Shown here: in pieces, positions 36,866 to 47,577 of the stretch
How the letters are laid out: each line of letters begins with the position of its first letter
How positions within the stretch are numbered: the stretch's first letter is position 1
Source: Zygnema circumcarinatum SAG 698-1b
Taxonomy: Eukaryota > Plantae > Zygnematophyceae
Length of the DNA: 64,000 bases
Assembly (NCBI GenBank): GCA_037447605.1
Contig: CM074810.1
Location: forward strand, 2,204,880-2,268,879
Direction of reading: 5' to 3'
The notes under the pieces: model-generated
Told to the model about the DNA's origin: nothing
What the model saw: only the letters and a program-made list of their open reading frames with translations
Database searches by the model: none
Made by a program: the position numbers and the translations under genes

Positions 36866-38973
36866 GGCGGCTGGAGGAGAGGGAGGGGAGGGAGGGAGGG
36901 AGAGGGAGAGGGAGAGGGAGAGGGAGAGGTAGGAGGGAGGGAGGGAGCGAGAGCAGGAAGCGCCTGCGGAGTGAGAATGGTGAGTGAGAGGGGGGGGGGA
37001 ATATTTAAGGGCCGAGAAGGCACGCGATCTGATAACACCAATCAGAACTTGCCATGTGGACAGACAATGCACACGTGGCAGGTCCGGATTTGTTAAATTT
37101 TCTATTTTTAGAGTTCGGGAACAGGGGAAGGAGAGACGTGGACGGGCAACTGAACTAGATCGCACTATTTGGGTCAAGACTCAAGGGCCAGTTTGAGCGT
37201 GGATTGGCAGGCGACGATCGGATGGATTGAATGGGAGCCGTCCGATGCTTCTGAATCGACGGTCAGAAATGGACGAGACTACGCAACGTAGAGCGCAGTC
37301 AGTCGCCCGCGAGACCGTCGTTTTTGCCGGCAAAACAAATGCCGCCCGGAAATCATAAGACCCGAGGGAACTAAACGACAGAGACTATATACGGACAGTC
37401 TGAAAAGATTCCTCGTTGACTCAAATTCTCCGTCTCTAGCGCTCCTCCATCATGAAGTCGTTTGTACGCATTTGGTATCTTCGATGTAGATCCTTGGAAC
37501 TAGCCAATTGTATTGTGACACGTAGAAATTGTTTGCCACGTGACATTCCGTAATTGGGTCGTCTATATTTTTTCGTCGACACATGCATGATAAGGAATTT
37601 GCCGGATCTGTGGAAACGACAAATGCATGTACAAATTGTTTGGAAGCTGTCAGCATCTGTACGGACACATGGCTGCTCCGTGATTTTTGTAAAAAAGTGT
37701 ACGAAACTTGTAGCTGCCCGTGCGACGTCGCCAGGCATTGACTGGTTGCGATTTCAGCCAATCACTGCTGCCGTCAACGGGCCGGCACCATTGGATGTCT
37801 ATGTTGTCAATGACATGTCCTTCCATGCATCATGCATCATACCCGCATGCCATCGAGCCATTCCACCATGCATGTCGCGGCATGGCCATGCCACCATCCA
37901 GCTTCTGCTGTCGACCATCCCCCACACATGCATGCCGTGCATGCCCGATGGACGGGAAAGCTCGCTTTGGATTCCGAAATTTCACGAAAAAATCGTGAAT
38001 AAGCAGCCGGTAGTCTCACATACCTTATCAAGGAAAGAAACCGAGGGGAGCTTTTGGAATGGTCAGAGTTTAAAGCCTGAGGGTTTGAAGAGGAGCTCTG
38101 GTTTCTTCAGGCAGAATTTTTAGAATAAGGAAAGAAGTTTGGGTGTGAGATTTCCCTCCTACATGGTAACAAAGGAGGGAGAAGGAAAAGCGTTCTGAGT
38201 CAATCAATTGATATATTTCGGCTTGCAGGTAGAAATTCAGAGTTTAATTTTGGCATTGAAAGCATCGGCAAGGTTGCTTCTGCTCTCAGGGCGTGTTAAA
38301 AGAATATATCAAATAACAACGGAGACCGAACGAACTGTCAAACTGTGCAGTCACTTTTCTCTTTCTTGAATTTCAATTATAACGCTGCAATTTATATTTT
38401 GCTACTGGTGGCGCTTTGAGCTGTGCCATTGCCTAGCAATAGCTCGTGGCCATGTGGTTTTGAGAGAGAGAGGGAGAGGGAGGGGAGACGAGAGGGAATT
38501 AGGGGTGGGTGGGGGAGAGGGAGTTGGGGGGTTGGAGAGAGGGGGAGGGGAAAAAGGAAAGAACGAAAGAAAGAAAGAACGAAAGAAAGAAACAAAGAAA
38601 GAGAGAAAGCAAGACAAAAAAAAAAAAAAAAAAAAGAAACAGAGAAAGAAAGAAGGAGAGAAAGAGGGGGAGGGGCCGAGGGGGCGGGAGGGAGGAAAGG
38701 CAGGAGGAAGGGAGAGGGAGGGAGGATGGGACGGAGGGAGGGAGAGAGGGATGGGGAAGGGAGGGCAGAGGGAGAGGAGGGGGAGAAGGAGAGGGAGAGT
38801 GGAGGCAGAGGGAGAGGAGGAGAGGGAGAGGGAGAGAGGAGGTAGAGGGAGAAGGGGAGAGGAGGGAGAGGGAGTGAGACTCCTGGCAAGTTCCTTCGTT
38901 GATGGGTGACTTTACCTAATCAATAACATCTTCCTTTCGTGCAGGTTGTTTGCTGCGATTGGAATAACTAAGA

Positions 38974-40590
38974 ATGGAAAGAGAGCAGAAACTACGATTT
39001 GAAGAGGAGGAATACATCAAAGCCCTTATTCCACTTCTTGGAGCATTCACATCATCAAGCCATGGAGAAGACATCCAAGATCTGATGTGCCCTATTTGTT
39101 CCAAGATTTTGGACGATCCGGTGCAAGTTGAGGGCTCTGTCGAAACGTACGATAGAAATTGCATTCAAAGGACCTTAGAAAGTGATCGCAAATCTTCTTT
39201 TCCTACTGAAAACCAAGCTCATAGTGGTGAAACCGTTGACTTTTGCCTCAAAGAAAATGTACATGCTCGGGAGCTTCTTGCTTGGTGGAAAAATGCAGTA
39301 ACGACCTCTGATTTCCACAAGGAAGAAAAGGGAGGAAGAAACGGAGCCGAAATTGATTCTAAAAGAGGCGAAGGAGGAGAAGGAGGAGGAGGATTTGAGC
39401 CATCAGTAACTCTAAAAACGGCGACAGGTTTGTTGGAAAGAGGTGTGAGTGAAGGTCATCCGAAGGCTCAGTTTGTGATGGGAGTTTCCTGCGAGTTTGG
39501 AAATGGAATCATGCAAGATGTAGTCAAGGCTTCACAGTTTGATAAAAGCATATTGAAGGAGGGGCTGCTGGCTGCTCACTGCATTGCAAACACATGCTGC
39601 AAAATCGGTCTACCAGTTCCGGCAAACTTAAGGCGGGCAATAGAGATTCATAAGAAGAAGGGCAACTATGATTTGGAGAATCTCAGAGGAGGAAAGCTGA
39701 AACATGGTGAGGAGAAGGCGAAGCAGGAGTATGTTGAAGTTGTGAATGAAAAACAAGAACAAGAGTCTGCAGGTGCAGAAAGCAAGACCAAGCTCTGTTC
39801 TGAGAATGAAATGGGTGGTTTGAAGGACCTGCAAAAGGCAGTGGAGTGGTATAGAAAAGCAGCAGAGCAGGGGCATGCAGGTGCCCAAGAAGCTTTGGGA
39901 TACTGCTATGAATATGGAAATGGGCTTCCTCATGATTTTGAGCAGGCAGTTGAGTGGTACAGGAAGGGAGCAGAGCAGGGGCAAGCAGGTTGCCAACACA
40001 AATTGGGACTTTGTTATGCGAATGGGTATGGCATACCGCAAGATTATGAACAAGCTATGAGTTGGTACATGAAGGCAGGAGAGCAAGGCTATGCAGGGTC
40101 TCAAAGAAACATTGGATACTTGTATCAGAGAGGAATTGGTTGTGTGAAGGATTTGGCCATGGCGGCAGCTTGGTTCAGAAAGGCGGCCATGCAGGGGGAT
40201 GCAGGAGGGCAATGTGCTTTGGGATACTGTTACCAGAATGGAATTGGGGTTAATAAGGACTTCACGCAAGCAGTGAGATGGTACAAAAAGGCAGCTGAAA
40301 AAGAAGATGCAAAAGCACAGAAGAATCTCGGGTTCTGCTATCAGACTGGTATGGGAGTGCGGAGAGATATGTCGGAATGTGCCAAGTGGTATCTGAAGGC
40401 AGCAGAGCAGGGCAATAGAGAAGCTCAATACTACTTGGGAAGCTGTTTTATAAGCGGCAAAGGGGTGAAGAAAAGCCGGGAGAAAGCGGTAGAGTGGTTC
40501 AGTAAGGCGGCGGAGCAGGGGCATCCAAATGCTCAAAGGCTGCTGGAAGAGATGCAGCCTTCACGTGCTTCAAGGGAAGAAACAGGTTGA
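38974..40590 (+). CDS. Intronless U-box + SEL1-repeat protein (putative E3 ligase), 538 aa
   Basis: U-box: DLMCPICSKILDDPVQVEGSVETYDRNCIQRTLE. Two degenerate, one partial and six complete SEL1 repeats (AVEWYRKAAEQGHAGAQEALGYCYEYGNG...). An in-frame TAA at 38965 fixes the start; acceptor AG at 38944-38945 suggests a 5'-UTR intron. Confidence 0.9.
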   Translation: MEREQKLRFEEEEYIKALIPLLGAFTSSSHGEDIQDLMCPICSKILDDPVQVEGSVETYDRNCIQRTLESDRKSSFPTENQAHSGETVDFCLKENVHARELLAWWKNAVTTSDFHKEEKGGRNGAEIDSKRGEGGEGGGGFEPSVTLKTATGLLERGVSEGHPKAQFVMGVSCEFGNGIMQDVVKASQFDKSILKEGLLAAHCIANTCCKIGLPVPANLRRAIEIHKKKGNYDLENLRGGKLKHGEEKAKQEYVEVVNEKQEQESAGAESKTKLCSENEMGGLKDLQKAVEWYRKAAEQGHAGAQEALGYCYEYGNGLPHDFEQAVEWYRKGAEQGQAGCQHKLGLCYANGYGIPQDYEQAMSWYMKAGEQGYAGSQRNIGYLYQRGIGCVKDLAMAAAWFRKAAMQGDAGGQCALGYCYQNGIGVNKDFTQAVRWYKKAAEKEDAKAQKNLGFCYQTGMGVRRDMSECAKWYLKAAEQGNREAQYYLGSCFISGKGVKKSREKAVEWFSKAAEQGHPNAQRLLEEMQPSRASREETG

Positions 40591-41870
40591 ATTTGTGCCA
40601 TAGGGAACTAACTATGGCAGACTTAGGGTTTCTGATTTCGATGAGAAGGGGGGTTCAGGCAGTCGATCAGCTTCTCTGAAGTAAAACGTTTACTTCAGAC
40701 AGAAAAAACCCTAAAAACCCTTTACTTCAGAGCAGTCGATCGATCATCATTTGGAGACGGTTTTACTTTTTTTGTACAAAATAGGCATGGTCTGCAATCG
40801 ATCTCATTAGATTACAAAGGAAAGTGGGCAGGGGAAAACAGAAATTTCTTGAGACTTTTTCTTCTGATGGGGGTGCCCTCCTCAACTGTTGAATTCAGGA
40901 GGATTGCATTGCTGTTGGGCAATGTCGGATTACTACTTGTGTTGTAAATAGGTGTGAATAGGGCCACGTGGTGTAGGGCCACAACATGTATGGGAAGACC
41001 TTGGAATGTGGTTACAACGTGGCCTTGTTGGGGGCATGCCCATGTTCAACTTGCTCTTGTTGTTGTTGTTGAAGGAGCCATGTCTAACACGACCATAACA
41101 CTCTTCAATGTGTTGATGCCAAGAACATGGTCGTGAACAACAACACACACACATTGTATGCAAGTTTTGTGAAGGCAATCATGCGTAATTGTATTTTTAA
41201 TGTCATCATCATGTAATAGTGCATGAATCAGTATATGGCATCATGTTGATGGCCATGCACACGCACATGCCTCTCATGCCTTGACGAACCGCGTTGTCAA
41301 TAGTTCAGTTCCTCTAGAGTTCACGATTCATGACCATGTTCATGAACACGAACATGCTCAGATTTCTCAACATTGTGCAACATTGCTCGACATTGCTCAA
41401 CTAACTGTTCAACATTGTTCAACAAGGAGTTGTATGAAGTTGTCCATTTCTTCATGAATTGGTTCCAAGCACAACACGACACAAGATGAAGATCGCCAAC
41501 GGAATTACCAAATTTATGGCCACCACGTCAGAAAATCCATTTCCGGATTTCTACGCTAAATGCCATTTCCTGCCGCCAGGGATCTGAGATTTGAAAACAC
41601 GTCGTCTGACCGTTTCCGACTTAGACGAATTTGGACCGTCGACTGAATCCATTCTCGAATCGTAACCGTTCAAATAGTTTTCTGCCCAACGGCTCCCTGC
41701 CCGTACGGAGATTCCTGACAGGATTTGACCGTCCAACGGCACGATATTGACAGGCGAGTAAATACACAGTCGCGGTGACCACCAATGACGAATTGCCACG
41801 TGGAAAAAATTACACTCTGGCGGTTGTCTATTGGTGGTACCTCGTCTCTTTTGCTCAGTTTGAACTCTCT

Positions 41871-41930
<60 letters not shown>

Positions 41931-42037
41931 CCCCTCTCCGCCCTTTCTACCTTCCGCCCTCCCCCCCCTCCCCCCGCTCTCCTCCTTCCCTCCCTCCCGC
42001 CCTCCCTCCCTCCCTCCCTCCCTCCCTCCCTCCCTCC

Positions 42038-42607
42038 ATGTCTTGGAAGTTAGAGCGGCGCGTGGAATCCTTCCGGCGGGCGCTGTGGGCGGAGGACTCG
42101 CGTCTCCCTTTAGTGCTTTTAGGGTTTGCGCTCGGCGTGCTGGTGGGCTTCGTGGGCTCTCTGCTGCTGCCACGTGGCACCTGCGAAACCGCCAACTACG
42201 GGTCTAGTAGTGAAGGTAAGTCGTCCCCCTCCTTTCTCATTAATTTCTTAATATCGATTTAATTTAATTTAATTTTTGACTTTCGTTTTTGTTCCCGCTC
42301 TGAACATTAGAATTTGATTTTATCAATCAAATGTGGACCTTTTTCCCTTCCTTTTTTTACTTTCCTGTCCCCTTTTTTCGCATCGCGACCTGTGGCAGAA
42401 GTTTCTCTCCCGATCGATTCTCTGATTGGCTCGTCTATCTATTTTTTTTAATTCTTAAATTTACATTGTTTCATCCTTCACATAATACCTGCCTTCTCCG
42501 TTGCAGATGATTTTTTTAAATCGCTTTCGTGCCGCAATTGGGTCGCTCCCACAAAGGGGAAAAAGGATGGCTGGAACTCAGGCTTGAAGGTAGTCTCTCG
42601 CTCTCTT

Positions 42608-42644
<37 letters not shown>

Positions 42645-43527
42645 CTCTGTCTCCTACTGTCTCTCTCTGACTCCATCCTTTCTCTCTCCGCCAATTATCT
42701 CTCTTTACCACTTCCTTCTTTCCCTCTCTCTTCCCCCACCTTCTCTCCCTCTCTCTCTCTACCCCCTTTTCTACCCCCTCTCTCGCACTCTCCCAACCTC
42801 TCTCTATCTCCCCTTCTCTCTCGCTCGCCTTCCATGCTAGGCTATACAGTACGAGGCTGACAGCTGTGAGCACGCACTTCTGACTTAGTTCTATATACAT
42901 CGGTCTACCATATTTCTAAAGAGAAAAAAATTAAGAGAAACTAACTTCCTAAACCCTAACGACTCAAATCTACAAGCAACCCAAACCTGGTTTCTTCAAC
43001 CCCTTTATTTCTTTGTTCCTTTATCCTCTCTATTTCTATCCTCCTCTTCCTCCTCCTTTTTCTTCTACTTCTCCTCCTTCCACTTCTCCTTCTTCTTCGT
43101 CTTCTTCTTCTTCTTCTCCTTCTCCTTCTTCTACTTCTTCTTCTTCTCCTTCTTCTCCTCCTTCTTCTCCTTCTTCTTCTTCTCCTTCTTCTTCTTCTCC
43201 TCCTCCTCCTCCTCCTCCTCCTTCTTCTTCTTCTTCTTCTTCTTCTCCTTCTTCGTCTTCACTTTCTTCTTCTTCTTCGTCTTCTCCTCCTCCTTCTTCT
43301 CCTTCTTCTTCTTCTTCTTCTTCTTCTTCTTCTTCTTCTTCTCTTCTTCTTCTTCTCTTCTTCTTCTTCTTCTTCTTCTTCTTCTTCTTCTTCTTCTTCT
43401 TCTTCTTCTTCTTCTTCTTCTTCTTCTTCTTCTTCTTCTTCTTCTTCTTCTTCTTCTTCTTCTTCTTCTTCTTCTTCTTCTTCTTCTTCTTCTTCTTCTT
43501 CTTCTTCTTCTTCTTCTTCTTCTTCTT

Positions 43528-43559
<32 letters not shown>

Positions 43560-43841
43560 CTTCTTCTTCTTCTTCTTCTTCTTCTTCTTCTTCTTCTTCT
43601 TCTTCTTCTTCTTCTTCTTCTTCTTCTTCTTCTTCTTCTTCTTCTTCTTCTTCTTCTTCTTCTTCTTCTTCTTCTTCTTCTTCTTCTTCTTCTTCTTCTT
43701 CTTCTTCTTCTTCTTCTTCTTCTTCTTCTTCTTCTTCTTCTTCTTCTTCTTCTTCTTCTTCTTCTTCTTCTTCTTCTTCTTCTTCTTCTTCTTCTTCTTC
43801 TTCTTCTTCTTCTTCTTCTTCTTCTTCTTCTTCTTCTTCTT

Positions 43842-43872
<31 letters not shown>

Positions 43873-46429
43873 TTCTTCTTCTTCTTCTTCTTCTTCTTCT
43901 TCTTCTTCTTCTTCTTCTTCTTCTTCTTCTTCTTCTTCTTCTTCTTCTTCTTCTTCTTCTTCTTCTTCTTCTTCTTCTTCTTCTTCTTCTTCGTCTCCTC
44001 CTCCTTCTTCTTCTTCTTCTTCTCCTTCTTCTTTTTCTCCTTCTCCTCCTTCTTCTTCTTCTCCTTCTTCTTCTCCTTCTTCTTCTCCTTCCTCTTCTAC
44101 TTCTCCTTCATCTTCTTCTCTCGTTTCTTTATTCTCTGTGTATTGCAGCACCTGTCTAGGGCTGCTGCTTGTCCGGTGAAGGGCTTCTCCATAGAAGAAT
44201 TGGACCCGGAAGACAACTTCAGGAGAGGCTACACCTACTCCCATGTGGAGGATGTGGAGGATCGAACCTACCTCCTCCCTTACCTTTTGGGAGCGAGAGA
44301 TCCCTCTCTCAACAAAAGGTGCTTAACCTCATCTTCTCTCTCTTCCCACATCAATCTTTCTCTAAGACAGAATTCCTTTTTAAGAAAGAGGCTCTTAAGA
44401 AGTTTTAGGTGGAAACATTTTTTGAGAGGAGAGAAAGAGGGAGAGAGAGAAGGAAGAAAGAGAGGAGGAAAAAACTCATCCTAACATAGGCCCTTTGGTT
44501 CCCTTTGGGTTTTTTTTTTCCCCCTTTTTTTTTTTTTCCTGCTCATTTTTTTTTTTTGAAGGGGGAGGAAGATTTATCTCGATCTCGGGGGAAAATCTTT
44601 CGAGTCGAGCTTGCTGTGGTTTATGCGACTGTATCCGTTGGACTTTACGGAGTTCCATGTGTTTGAAATTAACGGACACCTGTACAATATTCCGCCCAAA
44701 CATCCCTTCAAAGATGTAGGCCCCTTCCTTCATTGGGAAACATTTTTGATAAAAAAATTGAGAATCAGTGTTTTAATCACCTTAAATGTTAAAAAAAGGA
44801 TTATCGATTACGCTATTCTTTTTTTTAAGCTTTGTTTGCTTCATTTTTAAGGAAGATTGGCACTTCAGTTTCGAAATTAAAGGGGAATTGGTTAAAGCTA
44901 TAATAAAAGAAACTAGCTCGACTGAACATGCTGCAAATTGTGAGTACTGCTTACAATTTACATTAAATAGTTTTAAAATAAAATAAAATATTTTTAAATA
45001 GTTTTAAAAAGTTAGAACTAGTTAGTTTCTAGTTATTATCATCTATCGTTTATTTATACTTTATAATTACAAGTTATTTTAATTTATGATTAATTTACTT
45101 TTATGGTTGTGCAGGAAGAGTTACTGAACATGACAGCCGGTTCAAAAAAGCGATCGGCTCAAAAACCGGTTCCTGTTCTGAACTCGCTATTGGATGCAAT
45201 AACTCTTTACAACGTCTTTGTGTCGGATCAAGATGGCACAATGACCTTCAATGATGCGGAAAGGGTGAGACATGTCCCTCTCCCTCTCCCTCTCCTCCTC
45301 CCTCTCCCTCTCCCTCTCCCTCTCCCTCTNNNNNNNNNNTCTCCCCCTCTCCCCTTCTCCCCCTCTCCCCCTCTCCCACTAACTGCTGACCCTCCCCCCT
45401 CCCGTCTCCCACTCCCCCTTTCTCTCCCCCTCCCCAATCGTGGCTTGCTATTTTCGCATGGCTTTGTAGGAAAAAGGCAGATGAGGAGAGGGTGTGAGAG
45501 CAGGAGACGGAGAGAGTGAGAGGGTGGTAAAGTGAGAGAGAGCCGGAGAAGAACGAAAGATTAGGGACCTAAAATAGAGGAGAGGGCACACAAAAGGAAT
45601 TCGAGAGGCTTTGGATTAAGAAGAGAGAGAGATGCAACGGTAGTGAGGAACGAGTGGGAGGAGAGATAGAGAGGAGGGGGAACAGCAGGAGAGGTCTATC
45701 TTCTATTGAAAGTTGAATGGGCAGACTATTGATAACATACGTCATGTTACCTTTAAGGATATATCGTGTTTAACTTCAAGGAATTCTCCAACATTAGAAC
45801 TTTCACTGAAGGAGTTGGATTGTCGTCGTTTTGTAGGAGAAAATCGACATCACGCGCTTCATCAAGGAGGAGTTGAAGGCGGGAAAAGATGATACTCTCA
45901 TTGTGAAGATGGACATAGAGGGAGCGGAATTCAGCATCCTTAACCGTATTGACTCCCCCCTCCCCCCTCCCCCCTCTCCCCCCTTCCCCCTTCCCCCACC
46001 CCCTCTTTCCAACATTAAGTTCTGGACGGAAAGTAAAGTCAAATCTGCCTTATTTCCCGCCTTCACCATCTTAAATCGAAGGACTGTCCTTTCCCACTCT
46101 TTATTGATATAACCCTTCCCCTTTTTTTTTTTTGGTTAAAATCGTTCTACCACTCATGTGCTGCTCGTATTCAACGCATACAGAACCTTCTCATGGGAGT
46201 CTATTTTTCTCAGATTCCTTTCTCTTTTTTTTTTTTTTTTTTTTTTTCAGATTGGTTGACTGATAAAGACATGGCTGAGATTGTGGACGAGCTCTTTGTG
46301 GAGGTCCACTACCACCATCCCTCCATGCAGCACTTCGGATGGGACATATTCAGCCACACGAGGGAGGAGACCACAGCGCTCTTCCAGGAACTGCGCCGCC
46401 ATGGCTTCTATGTGCATGCATGGCCATGA
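42038..46429 (+). CDS. Type II membrane FkbM-like (Methyltransf_21) SAM-dependent methyltransferase
   Basis: Exons 42038-42215, 42507-42589, 44149-44318, 44562-44715, 45115-45264, 45837-45945, 46251-46429. N-terminal TM LPLVLLGFALGVLVGFVGSLLL; motif I IYLDLGG; FHVFE; VKMDIEGAEF; VDELFVEVHY. Confidence 0.85.
43040..44120 (+). repeat. ~1.08 kb (TTC)n / GAA.TTC trinucleotide tract in intron 2 of the FkbM-like gene
   Basis: Nearly pure TTC from ~43300 to ~43990 (over 200 units, rare interruptions), with TCC-mixed flanks. Confidence 0.97.
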
Positions 46430-47577
46430 GGCCCATGACCATGCATGGATCGCATGGCCATACATACATCCATGGCCCATGGCCTCTGGCCCATGGCTGC
46501 CGCTTCGGTCATCCACGCTATGCCATATTTGGAGCTCCTAAGTCATGATGAGGCATGGCCATACATGCATGGCATGGCCCATGGATGCCCCCTCGCAGTC
46601 GTGCATGGCCATGGCCATGCATACGCTGCGTATTTTTATAATCTGGTAACTTTCGCAGAAAGGAAAGCAAGTTTTTGGTAGACGGCGATGTAGAAGTGTG
46701 GTTGGTTTATGCTGCTCTTTGCTGCCTATGTTATCTCTATGTTAGGGTACAGTGCCACGGTGTATCAGTTTAACGTCTCGTTAATTTTTTTGTTAAATGT
46801 AGGGCTGAAAGCTGATAGGTCTGCCAACGTGCTAGTTTTCTAGAGAAATAAATAATTTAGAGCCGTCATTCTCTGTCGTGGCGGAAGTTGAAGCTTTCCA
46901 GTTCTTACTTTTCAATTTTCGTTCTACCATTTTAGCCACACGGATTTCAGTGCTGTAAGGGCCGCGGCTCAGATGCGAGCAGACCGTTGTGGCCCCTGTT
47001 CCATGTGGACTGCGTTCCATTTGAATAAAAAATCATGTTGGTGCAAGCGGCCATTAAAGAGTAGTATTGGAATTAATATAGAACAACTTAGTTAACCACT
47101 AGGCATAACAGAGTGCGTCACCCCCATGACTTTGTGTCATGAGGCCAAAATTCTGTGTCTACATGATCCAGTGTGAACCCTAAAAACCCTAAAAACCTTC
47201 ACATTTTTAAACGCCAGACTGTACACCGGAGTCCAAAAAAACATAATGTGGTCTATAAACTAGGATTTGGTTAGTTAAAATTTTGATTACAAGAACAAGA
47301 AATCAGGTCGAGTCGCATATCTTTCGCAGTAAGTAGTACTGCGCAATGCTGGCCAACCTTCACTTCAGGAGTACTCACTTTTCTGAAGACAACTTAGTTT
47401 GCAACAGCGAGTTAAAACCTGCTAAAGAAGATGCAGCAACAATAGAGCAATGGAGGGCGTATCCCTGACAGCTTCACTGCACGCTGCATGGAGACTGCAT
47501 GAGAGGAGTCATAACTTAACTAGGCAGACCTTAGTCATAACTTAGCTGACCAACTTCGGTCAGATATTTCCAGTAAA

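Noticed and set aside
40676-40698. Perfect 10-bp hairpin CTGAAGTAAA-ACG-TTTACTTCAG downstream of the U-box-SEL1 stop
   Set aside because: Not a terminator in a Pol II context, and no adjacent CTRR to support a Helitron end; a single short stem is not informative.
43013-44244. 388-aa poly-Ser/Phe and poly-Glu ORFs
   Set aside because: Translations of the intronic (TTC)n tract.
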